This document shows, piece by piece, positions 11,220-22,610 of a stretch of 64,000 nt of DNA. The position numbers and the translations under genes are program-made. The stretch is from Phyllosticta citribraziliensis (Eukaryota). Below the pieces are notes generated by a model. The model ran no database searches and was not told where the DNA came from. It saw only the letters and a program-made list of their open reading frames with translations. The DNA lies in the NCBI RefSeq assembly GCF_038025025.1, contig NW_027117341.1, forward strand, positions 1,674,001 to 1,738,000, written 5' to 3'. Positions within the stretch are counted from its first letter, which is position 1, and every line of letters starts with the position of its first letter.

Positions 11220-12963
11220 TTAGGAGGCAAGGTATTCCATACAGCAGTGCCCAGCAGACAGGACACGTACTTGTATGCGTTACGGAGCATTGGCTTTTGC
11301 TGAGCATGAAGAACAAAGCTTTTAGGCATAATTGGTTAGAACTGGACATTGGCATGTTTCTATTCTTTCAAGCGCTCCTGGGGAGCTTCCGTCCGCCATC
11401 ACAATTGAATTCAGGGAGTTGTGGTGTGTTGCTAAAGCCAGAACTGTGGGGTCTCATTTCTCTCGACATCCACTGCGGTCCGGAGACAAACAACCTCGGT
11501 CCGCATCTACGAAACGACTGGCGCCATTCGACCAGCGTTAACAACATTCTGTCCTCGCCCGTCTTCCTTCTGTGACTCTCACGGTATTTTCCATCTCCAA
11601 CAATGACGCAATCGCGTTCGCGACGAAAAACGATGCGCTGGCACAACGTAGCCAGCCCGCCTGCCTGTTTCCGCTTCAGGCATCGAACCCGACCCGACGA
11701 CGTGCCTACCGCGTCGACGATCCAGCGTCGGTGTTTCGTATTTCTCAGCATGGGATTCTTAAATGTCCATCCGTCGTTTTGCTTCATGGGTAGATGGATG
11801 GATGGGTGTTTCGGACGAGAGGCGCGGCGGTGGTTTGAGGGTTTGTTCGCTTTTTGTGCCGCGGTTTCACGGGGGTTTGTTGAGTAATTCCTTTCGGACG
11901 ATGTGAAGGAGAGAAGATGAGATTCGAGCGAGCGAGCGAGTTTGATGCCTGCGCAGACGACCTGTAGCCCGCTCTCTTCCTGTCCCCCTTTTCCTTGTCT
12001 GCGCCATCAACATTGCGGCCAGCCTCCCTGCACGTTTGTCCGAGAAAAGAGTTTCGAGATTTCGACTTTCATGCCCAGCCTTGTGTTTATTCGGATGTAA
12101 TATGCCTCGCTCCAGAATGTCTGCACTGCCTACTGATTTCTTTTGCCAAGTGCGCACTCTGCTGGAGTCATTGGCGGTTGTATGTCAATTTCCTCGGTGT
12201 CATGTGCGCCCTCTGCTAGTACGAGGGCGTCGGACTGCTTCTGGAAGCTCCATATGCGTCTTGGAGTCGACAGGTGGTTTACGAATAGCGTGCGAGGTGT
12301 TTCCTTCTACATCCCTGCCTGGGCTATTTTCTATATTCGCTAGAACACGACTCCCGTCTCGAGGTTAGCTTGGAGAGGGCCGTACTGTCCAAACTACGAT
12401 ACCAATATACATTCTAGTAGAATTTGACTACAATTTTGTTCAGTGTACTGTATTCACATCAATGTCGACCTACCACTACTGCTTCCAAGCAACGCCACCA
12501 TCCAGCATCACACATTACATGACCAAACACCTTTCCCTCATCCTAGATGAATAGAACCGAAAAGCAAAAAATACATAAGGAATCGTCGTCTATGTCGAAG
12601 ATGATTTTACAAATGGGCCCAGCCACATATTTACACCAAAAAAAGGAGGGAGCCACTACACACGTGATGACGGTACGAAGGAGAGATTTGTACATGAACA
12701 GCGGGTGATACATGAGAGTTCAGGTCGAACCAGGCCCAAAATAATCGACCGACTGCCATCTGCAATGAAGTGGGGAAGGCCTGGGGGAAATGCATATGCC
12801 ACAATCCGTCGACCGACTAGCTGCTGGGAATCAAAACAGAAAACCCGGAAATGAAGATCCCTCCACGTGCTCTGTCTTCGCTCAACTTACCGTATTGCCT
12901 TTTCTCTTTTTTTCGCTTCCTGCCTCATACGTCTCACGTCTTCTCCATCTCCGCCGCAGCAGC

Positions 12964-15900
12964 TTAGAAGTACTTCATCCGCGGCGGCGGTGCGTAGCCG
13001 GGACGGGCTCCTCCCATGCCACCGCCCATCTTCATGTTATTGTTGGGCGGCTGCTGGCCACCAGCTTCCTGGCCCTGATTGCCTCCCGCGTTTGGCGACA
13101 AGCGCGTCGCCAAAGTCGTGAGCGGTGGCGCCGTGCCAGTGGCGAAGACAGGCGGGGCGGTGTTCAATTGGATCGTGCCCGTGGCGAGCGGAACCAGCGG
13201 CGTACCCTTGCCAAACGGCGTAGTGGGCGTGCCGAAGGGCCGCGGCGTGTTGCCTGGAGGAGTGGTGGGCGCAGTGTTGAAGGGCTGACCGCCAGGAGGC
13301 GTGACGCCTTTGCCTGGTTGGCCGCCGCCGACGATAGGCGTCACGGTAGCAAACGCCGGCACCGTTGTGTTGATGACGGCGGTGACAGGACCGGATGGGC
13401 CAGGCGTCACGACAGTGATGCGGCGAGTGCGGAAGATGACAGACGTTTGGAAAATCGTCGTCGGTCCTTCCGGCGTCACTGGAGTGCCTGTGGCCGGCGT
13501 GACGGGAGTCTCGGGCGTCTCTGGCGTAGTCGGCGCCGTGGGACCTGGAGGGAACTGTGCAGGTGGTGTTACGCCAGGCTGCTGTCCAGGCTGCTGTCCA
13601 GGCTGCTGTCCAGGCGGGTAGATTCCGGGCCTCTGTCCAGGCTGCTGTCCAGGTTGTTGGCCAGGCTGCTGGCCTGGTACCTGACCGGGAACTTGTCCAG
13701 GGGTTTCTCCAGGGGTTTGTCCAGGGACTTGGCCTGGTACTTGGCCAGGCACTTGTCCAGGCTGCTCGCCAGGGGTTTGTCCAGGAACTTGGCCTGGTAC
13801 TTGACCAGGCACTTGTCCAGGCTGCTCGCCAGGGGTTTGCCCAGGAACTTGGCCTGGTACTTGACCAGGCACTTGGCCCGGCTGCTCCCCAGGGGTTTCC
13901 CCTGGCACCTGGCCGGGGATCTGTCCAGGCTGCTGTCCAGGCTGCTGTCCAGGCTGCTGTCCAGGCTGCTGTCCAGGCTGCTGTCCAGGTTGTTGGCCAG
14001 GAGGCTGGGCGATTGGAGTGCCAGGAGGAACTTGCGGGCCCAAGCCAGGCGGAGGCGGTGTGGCGCCGGGAGACGGAGTAATTGTCAAAGTCACAAGCGA
14101 AACGGTTCCAGTTCCCTGCTGAGGTGGGAAAGGAATCGGCGGCTGCTTTCCGACTGGAGGCGTATTTCCAGGCCCAGGTGGGACGCCAATTGGAGTCGGC
14201 GTCGTCTCGGGGCCGCTTTCGGGAATTGGTCTGTAGATTCCTCCAATGGGCGTAAATCCACCGCCAGGCGCCTCGGGAGTCGTGGCCTGTGGCGTGGTGA
14301 CGGCCGTTGGAGCAGTTCCCGCGAAAGGAGGCGGCTGAATTCCGGGCTGAATCGGTGTCGATTGTGGGCCCGGCACAGGTTGGTTGACTGGAGGCTGTTG
14401 CTGACCGCCGGGGACTGGTTGATTGACTGGAGGTTGTTGCTGGCCAGGGACGGGTGGTTGCTGTTGACCAGGAACAGGTGGCTGCTGCTGGCCGCCAGGA
14501 ACGGGTTGGTTCACTGGAGGCTGCTGTTGGCCAGGAACAGGTGGCTGCTGCTGGCCAGGCACAGGTGTGTTGATTGGAGGTTGCTGTTGGCCAGGGACAG
14601 GTGGTTGCTGTTGGCCAGGAACAGGAGGCTGCTGCTGCCCTGGAGCTGGAGGCAGCTGCTGTCCAGGAACAGGTTGGTTGACGGGAGGCTGGTTCTGCGT
14701 AGGGGGCGTGTTGGCCGGGGGCCGGGGAGGAATAACTCCCGCACCAGGTGGGCTTTGCTCCTTGCCTTGATTCGGAGTCTCCGGCGGTCCGCGATTGGGA
14801 CTTTCCGGCGGGCCGCGGTTAGGACTAGGAGGACCTTCATTTGGCCGCCCAGGAGGCCGGTTTTGCGACGGTGGAAAGCCACCAGGAGGCGGCCTATTGA
14901 CAGGGGGAGGCGTCGTAGTCTCGGGACGCGGGGGAGGAGGAACGACACCACCAGCGGGCGGGCCTTGCTCCTTACCTCTGTTTGGACTCTCTGGCGGCGG
15001 GCCGCGGTTAGGAGACTCGGGGGGCGGCCCACGATTGGGAGACTCTGGAGGTCCCCGGTTGGGAGATTCTCTGTTGGGAACTTCGCCCTTTGGCTGCTGC
15101 GGCCCAGGCGCATTTGGCTGGTAGATAAAGGGCGTGGTAGCTGGGGGCGGGAACTCATTCGGCGGCTGACCGGCCACAGGTGTCGTCTGCGGCGCAGTTC
15201 CTGTAGGAGCCGTTCCGAATGGCGGGAAGGGAACAGGTGAAGTCGGCGGCAGCGTAGTCTGAGGGGGCTGAAGTCCTGGCTGTCCAGGAGGAACACGTGG
15301 GGGTGGAGTTCCAACAGGAGCTCCGCCACCGGGGCGTTGGTTTGGAACATTTCCTACTGGTGTATTCAGGGCAGGAGTGTTGCCAGGCGGAAGAATGAAA
15401 GGCGCGGTGCCAGGCGCTGTGCCCGGCGCGGTTCCAGCATTCGGTGTCAAAGGAACAGCCGTTCCTGGAGGAATTGGAGCCTCGGGCCCTGGCGTACCCT
15501 TGATGGGAGTTGGAACGACAGTCCTGTTGCCGCCTGGAGTTCGGAAAACTGGCGCGGTGCCGCCAGGTCTACGACCACCTCCGCCTCGCTTTCCCCCTTT
15601 TCCACGGCCGCCATATGGCGGCCCCACAGCTGTACCGGTGCCAGTGGCAGCGGGCGGGAAGGGGAAAAATGGAGAAGTCAAACCCCCAGGGGGAGGTGGA
15701 AGACGTCCACCGGGCGGCGTTTGTCCGGGCGAACGAGTTCGAGTGGGAGCAAGCGTGAAATTGATAGAGAGGGGAATTGACTGCGCGCCCGGGTTCATAA
15801 CGGGTGGCATTTGGCCAGCGGCTGTACCTGTGGGACCGGGAGCGGTTCCTGGTGGAGCGAATGGCGTCGTCGGGGCAGTTGGAGCTCCACCAGGCTGTTT

Positions 15901-16414
15901 TGGCAGACCAAGACCGGTTGCAACCGGTGTGGGAGTTGTAGGGACGCCCGTGGGGATGCCCGTGGGCGGGAACTGTGTCTTTGGAGTAACAGGCGGCCGC
16001 TCAGGAGTACCGACAGACGGAGTCAATGGCGTGCCGACGAGCCCAGTAGCGAATTTTGGGGGACTGATGCCCGGGGGCAAAGTCTCGGGATTGTTCGTTG
16101 GGGGAGCAGTCCCAAAGGGGGTCGGTGGGGAAACCACACCCGTACCAGTCCCTACCGGTGCGGTGCCTTGTCCTCCTTTCGGATATCTCCCACCAGCCTC
16201 AACGCCTCCACCTCCACCTTGCGGCGGCGCCGCGTAACCATACTGTCGCCTTTCCAGCTGCCCATCACCATATGCCTCGAAGAAAGGAGCGTGGTTTGCT
16301 CGGCGTATCAATCCTACCAACTGTGAGCGACATTGGCCAGAGAGCAGGAAGAAACTCACCTCCCAAAGCTGGACTGATCCAACTCAGCACAAATACCGCC
16401 TGCGTCACCTTCAT
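12964..16414 (-). CDS. Secreted Pro/Gly/Thr/Gln-rich low-complexity repeat protein (~1,134 aa)
   Basis: ATG at 16414 gives signal peptide [19 protein letters not shown] 46-nt intron (16314-16359, GTGAGT..CTCAC..TAG) restores the frame into the 1131-aa ORF. Dibasic RR (Kex2-like) sites near the N-terminus. Confidence 0.85.
13570..14010 (-). repeat. Coding tandem repeats: 12-bp (PGQQ) and 60-bp ([20 protein letters not shown]) units
   Basis: Runs of CCAGGCTGCTGT at ~13574-13612 and ~13922-13990; near-identical 60-bp lines at 13741, 13801 and 13861. Confidence 0.9.
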
Positions 16415-18047
16415 GGTGATCTGAAAAGACTGTGTTTATTAGAGAGCGATGAGTGTATACAAAGAGAACACTGTTTAAGGAGAGTCGCAACAAAGTTGCA
16501 TCAGAGACCGACAATCAAAAGAAGGATCGTGACAATACGACGACGTAGTGTGTAGGTGAGGAGAGGAGGATTGGCATAGCACTTTCTTTAGACTTTGCAA
16601 GTGTCCATTTCTCTGTAAAGGGTCTTGCTCCCTGTTCAGGACCTTGCAGCCCTAACCTTGACATCCCCTCCAATGTCCCGATCGCCATACTTCCGGTAGA
16701 ACGCACGCAAATGATTGGCGTCCCACTCATCGGGGAAGACGCTGCAAGATGTGAGCACAGCCTTTTGCTCTTCCCCGGTCGTCCAAATCTTACCCGGCCC
16801 TAGGGTAGCTGCATTCGGAGTCTTCTCAGCCCTGGCGGCTGCTCAGGTACAAGTCTTCATTTCACAAGGTTGCAGAGACAGGGTAGAAACGTCTAGTCGC
16901 TCGCAAAGTGTGGTCATTGTGGCGGTCAATAGCGCTTTCATCAATATGGAGTCGGTAAACTGTGCGGATAAGCAACCTCGTTAAGCATCCTCTGCCAAAG
17001 TCAGTCGAGCTACGACCAGACAAAAGCGCCTGCAGCGGGAGTGATCGTGCACATCTGCAGTCACACCATCATGAGAAGATCGACAATCGCGTCCATGCTC
17101 TCCTTCTTTTCCCATGCCAGTGTGGATCTTTGAACGCGTAGAAGCTGGGGGTGGCGGATGGCTGAGCCGGGCTGTGCGGTGTTCGATATTGGCATCTGAT
17201 GAGGTAGGGGACGCGGGTGTTTTGGAATGACGAGGAATCGATGAAGAGCTTCCCGTCTGAGACTAGCGCAGATCGTTTTAGACGAATCGACAAGGGTAGC
17301 ATGTCATGGTGGTTGGAAGCAAATTGGCCTGATGAGGCTCTGAATCATTCGGCTTCGCGGCAAGCATTCCGATGTGATCGTGTTCGCGACTTGAATGTGC
17401 CAAGAGCGAGGACAACTGCGTACCTGCGTTAGCATCAAATTATCCCGGTAGTCCCCTCATGGAATAGCCGCCTCCCCGGACAAGACGGTCTGTCTCGTTG
17501 GCTGCGTTTTTCGACATGTCTATTATTAGTGGTCTCTTGTCAACAAGTCAAACTCGAGATTGGCCAATCAGCGCAGGACGCCTGCGTTGATTCACTACCT
17601 TTCCGAGAGCAACGCTCTTCTGGAATGGCCATTTCGGCCTGTTCTAAAACCGGTTGAAGGTTGATGGAAACAAGGCCCAACGGTTTAGGCAAGCGGGTCA
17701 TTGCTAGGACATGCAAATGCTCCGAGACAAGTGATTTAGACTAGGCCTTCGCAGTAGGTGTTCTAATGAGCGGGCGAAGGCAACGATATGAGAAGATGTT
17801 GTAGAGAACTATAGGCAAGGTAAACATTGACTCTGGTGTAGCAGAGCAATTTGACTCGGACGACTTGACCAATGAGAGTAGGCCAAAGTGCAAAAACTCG
17901 AACAACTCACTACTTGAACCTTGGCGCAGTCACGAAGCCCTTTATCCGCTCCGCTGCATTGACCAGCCATTGGACTAGAGGCTGAAGTTGAAGAAATGTG
18001 GGCCTGATCACTTCCCAAACTGACCCAAATTTTGGGTAGTGGCGCAC

Positions 18048-18072
18048 AAAAAAAAAAAAAAAAAAAAAAAAA
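18048..18072 (+). repeat. Poly(A)25 tract
   Basis: 25 consecutive A, preceded by the inverted repeat ACCCAAA-T-TTTGGGT (18023-18037). Confidence 0.95.
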
Positions 18073-18306
18073 GTCTCGCAGCAGGATCTGGTGATCCATG
18101 ATCAAGTCGAGAGAAACTCTTTGGACAGCCAAAAGAAGCTGCGTCGGAAAAGAAAAGAATCGGGCTACTGCACCTCTGGAATGAATGCTGTGCAAGCGGA
18201 AAACACGGACGCGGCTTTAGTGGTCGTGTTGTCCGTATTTCCACCCTGCGTCTTGCCAAACCTTGTTTGCAAAGTATCGGTTAGCCGCCAGGCGGCTCAA
18301 AGCAGG

Positions 18307-19075
18307 TTACTGGAATTTTTTGGCTTGCGTGGTGTCGGAGCCTGTGCTAAGCCTCTTTGACAGCCTTGCAAACATGTCGGCGCCCATGATTACCGAAACG
18401 GCCAAATACGGCACATAGAGGCCGGACAGCGCGAGCTTCTGCTCGTTTGAATAGTCGGACCATCCCCAAAACTCAGCAATGCATGTCAGAGTCGTGAGCG
18501 CAGTCTGGCAGGCGTAGACCAAAAGGTGGAGGGGAACCTTGGGGTCGTCTGTAGAAATGAGTTTGCAGACACCAAACAGCTGTTGCCGGAATCGCACGAC
18601 AAACCTTTGGGCAAAGCTCTGATGGCCCAGAAAGAGACAGGAACATGGTACAAAGCCTACCAAAGCTTTAGAGAGGGAACACACGGGCGGCATGTCGCTT
18701 ACCTCCATGTACATGTACACGCTGAACCAGACGCTGGAAACGTGTATGGGTCAGTGCGCTGATCTCTGACACTGCTTGCTTGCATGACGTGCATGCGGCT
18801 ACCGCAAGGAGAAAGCGGGCGCTTACGGAGGAGACGTGAAAAGGCGATCCTGGTACGTCTCAATGTACCAATGGCGCAAGTCGTTCATGAATTGGGGTCT
18901 GATGGAGTCCGGGTAGAGCGGCGCCAAATCACCGACTGGAGGGCTCGTCTCAGCTGCAAGCTGCCAGCCAAATGCGGACAACTTTCTTACCAAACATGAC
19001 GACCACGTGGACGAGAAAGTAGGTCAAGTAGACCAGGTCTCGCTTCCGAGAGAGTATTGGACGCGGCGATGTCAT
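18307..19075 (-). CDS. EXPERA-domain (TMEM97/sigma-2 receptor-like) ER membrane protein, 5 exons
   Basis: Spliced model reads MTSPRPILSRKRDLVYLTYFLVHVVVMF-VGDLAPLYP..LRHWYIETYQDRLFTSPPVWF..EALYHVPVSFWAI..DDPKVPLHLLVYACQTALTTLTC..LYVPYL. Introns include 18936-18990 and 18734-18826. C-terminal KKFQ is a KKxx ER-retrieval signal. Confidence 0.85.
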
Positions 19076-19264
19076 GTTGGACTTGACAGGTATGGGTCGC
19101 GGAGTACAAATGACGCGTCCCGGATGCGAGGTGCGCAGAGAGGAGGTGGCTGAGGGCGATGGGCAGCGGCTTCGATGGACGAATAAAGGATGCGGTCGGA
19201 CGCGAGGATTGCGGAACAAACGTGCCGCCGTCGGTGATGCTGCGGTGGTTGTTCTGCTCGCCGC

Positions 19265-19271
19265 TGACTCA
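19265..19271. promoter_or_regulatory. TGACTCA (Gcn4/CpcA/AP-1-type bZIP site) in the EXPERA / TF divergent promoter
   Basis: Perfect TGACTCA inside the palindrome GCTGACTCAGC. Confidence 0.4.
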
Positions 19272-19571
19272 GCAGCCAGACCACGTGAATTCCACCGGCA
19301 GAGGCCGCCGACGTCCAAACACAACACAGCCAGCCAGCCAGTCACTCGCCACTCCTACCGTTATTTTCCAGTTTGCTTGCTGCTCGCCACACGGCAATGG
19401 TGTTTTCGATTTTTCTGCTTCTTTGATTCAACTGCCGGCGTTCTCGGAGATTTCGGCGATTAGGGCAACTCCGACATCTCTTCTGTGCCTTCACACAACA
19501 ATTCTTGCACTCCGAAGCCGACTTTTCAACTCCGACTTGCTCGCCCATCTCTTATCAGATTGAAAAACATA

Positions 19572-22164
19572 ATGCCAGACGACGCGCTTCAGGATACGCC
19601 CAATTCGAGCCGGAGATCTCACACGCCCGAGGACCGCGACGATGGCGCAGCCACTGTCCGAAAACGTCGGAGGATAGCCCTGTCGTGCTATGATTGCCGT
19701 CGCCGAAAACTCCGCTGTGACCGCGAATATCCAGCCTGTGGAAGATGTCGAAAGGGAGGCCATGCCGAGACCTGCTCCTACGATTCGAGAGCCCAGCCGT
19801 CAGGGCCTCGAGAAGCCCAAGCCTTGAGCGCTGGCAGTGAAGATGAGCATACCTTAAGTCCGAGCAACTCGAATGCCGTCAACCGCACCCTGTCAGACGG
19901 CCAACCCAGGAACCAGAATGCCAATGCCACAGACCTTTTGGCTTTCCAAAGGCAAAAGATTTCCGAGTTGGAGAGCCGCCTTGCGCAACTTGAAGGTAAA
20001 GCAAATCAGCCTACTGCTGCCTTTGGGGATCCTGTTCAGCATGCTGGTGACGAGCTGCTCTGGCCGAGTGGGACCCACGGACGTCGGAAGCCCGCAGGCA
20101 CCACCACCACCGAGGAGAGCGAGACCATGCTCCTTCGCGGAAAGGCATTCAAGACGGCCTACTTTGGAAGGAGTAACATCACCAGCGTCATCATCACACA
20201 CGTAAGTTTGCTCAGTAGCATGGCTCGGTCTGAACTGCTCGGATTTGGACAGCTGGTCATGTCATGTACCGTAGCTCATATTCTAACTTGCTCAGTTTCC
20301 TGGCCTGCGGCCATTCATGCAATCTACATTCAAAGATCATCCAAACTTGATGCAAACTCGTCCTGACATGAAGGCTTTGCGAGAACGCTGGAAGAAGAAT
20401 AAACAGATCATGGCAGGGGTGCCTGATCTAGCCCCTCTTCTTCCACCAAAAAATGTAGTCGACGAGCTTCTCCGTGTATACTTTCAGACCTTGGAAACCA
20501 CCTTTAGAATCTTGCATGTTCCAACATTTTGGGAGGAATATTCCCGTTTCTGGACCGAACCTACCAAACGTCGCGAAGGCTTCATCGCCACCATCCTGGC
20601 AGTCCTTGCAACAGTAATTACCGCACACTTCAATCCTCCGACTACCTATCGGGCGGACAGGTCAATGCAGTTTGAGACCGCATCCGAGTGGGTGACCAAC
20701 GTAGAAGAATGGCTGAAGCACCAGAGCCAAAAGCACACCGACATCAGCCATTTCCAGATACGAGTCCTCCTTCTGTGCGCAAGATGTGTAAACTCGATCA
20801 AGTGGAAGGAAATTTGGCCCGTGTCCAGGAACCTGGTCACTTTTGCCTTGTCGACTGGTTTGCACAGAGATCCCGGATGGTTGGTCAAAGAAACGACTGT
20901 CTACGACCAAGAAATGAGGCGCCGCCTGTGGGCGACAATCGTGGAGCTGGAGTTGCAGTGCTCCATCTACCGGGGGATGCCCTCCTCAACCCAGGGCCTC
21001 TTCGTCGATGCAGTGCCGCCTATGAACTTGAACGACGAGGACATGGATGCAACTGCACGAAAAGCGCCTCCGACGGCTTGGCCAAGCCAGGAATACACGA
21101 GTACCTCCTATCTCCACATTGCGTCAAGAAGTTTTGGATTGAGGACACGCATCAACAATGCCTTGAACAATTCTGCGAGGCCTTTGTCTTATGAAGATAC
21201 CATGGCCTTTGCAAAGCAGATTGTAGAAGAGTTGGGAAAGATTCCCTCATGGACTGGAAGGGATGGCGCCTCTCTTCCTCGGATATTGCTCGATATCCAG
21301 TTGCGACAATATCTGGTCCTCCTGCATGAGCCATTTGCGCGAAAAGCTGGCACAGAGTCCCGCTACACGTATTCAAGAACAGCTTGCTTTGATGCAGCAG
21401 CTTCGGTCATTGAGCAGCACCACCAAATCATGACGAGCGGTATCAAAACGATTTTGCTGCCCTTCTGGAACGATATCGCCAGGTCTGCCATTTCCATTAT
21501 TCACAGCGCCTTCATGTCCGGTTTGGCGCAAGACTACCGTTTCTTCCAAGACCATCGCTTCGTCATTGCTGAGCTGGTCGAAAAGGCACTCCAAATCATT
21601 GAGGAGAAGACTGTCCGCACCGGCGCTGGATTCGGCCATCTGGGACACATTTCCGCCGCATACGACCTATTGATTACCAAGTTTGCTCCAGAAGAAAAGG
21701 ACAAGGTGGTCAAACACAACGTGGAAAGAGTTCTCAGACTTCACAACATGATGGTATCGAACCAGGAGCCTTTGCCACAGCAACACCGCGAAAATCAAGA
21801 GCCCCCTCAGGTAAGATGAAGCGTCCCAAAGCCGCAGTGGTCCCCGCTGACAAGACTTCGCAGAATTTGCTGCCCGTCCAACCTATACCGACGTATTCGC
21901 ACCCACCGGGGATACCCGGCGTGCCCATGCAGTTCCAAGACCCCACTGGTGTAAGTGACTTACGACAGACTCGTTCCTTGATTCTTTCCGGACCTCTGTT
22001 GGCCGCATTTTTCAGAATCGCTCAATACACCCTTGCTTCCATCTGCCGTTCCAGTCACTGACATGTTTGCATCGCAGGCCGCAGGACCACCAGTCATGGG
22101 CTTCCCCGACATCCAGGGCTGGAGTATCGACGACATTTGGGGTTTCGGACCGATCGAGCTTTGA
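19572..22164 (+). CDS. Zn(II)2Cys6 transcription factor with fungal TF (middle homology) domain
   Basis: CYDCRRRKLRCDREYPACGRCRKGGHAETC and GLHRDP..EMRRRLWATIVELE. Introns 20202-20295, 21811-21863 and 21951-22077 all keep frame. Acidic-hydrophobic C-terminus. Confidence 0.92.
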
Positions 22165-22610
22165 TCCAACTTCGTTCAATCATAACGTTTTTGCGCGGAG
22201 ATTGTCCTTCCATTATCGTGGGCTACTTATTTCTCCCGTGCCTTGCGCCGATTGCAGCGCAGTTGCGCCCTGGAAAACGAGTTCGGCGCCCATGGAGTTT
22301 TCGAGGCCAGTGGTGACCTCTCTAGATCCTTGCGTGGAAGATGCTCTGTTTTTCTCCCGTTGTCGTGAATGGGTTTCGGCGACCTTGTGGAAATTTCTAC
22401 GCCTTTCGGACCAAGCATTTAGGGTAAGGGCCATCTCAGCGTTCATGTGAACGACGGTCTCTTTGGAGCATGATGATTCTCGCATTTTTCTCCACTCTGG
22501 AGAGGAACTGGTACTTCTTGTATGATTTTCAGCGCTTCAAAACTTTGTATTTCTAGTCTCTTGGTTCGACCGCTTTCGACTTGTTGTCGCATTGGCGGCA
22601 AGCAATCTCA

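Noticed and set aside
12790..15240. 816-aa Arg/Leu/Trp-rich ORF on the + strand
   Set aside because: Antisense shadow of the repetitive Pro/Gly gene; the minus strand has the signal peptide and a valid intron.
17329..17365. CTGATGAG resembling a hammerhead ribozyme core
   Set aside because: No GAAA after stem II and no closing stems.
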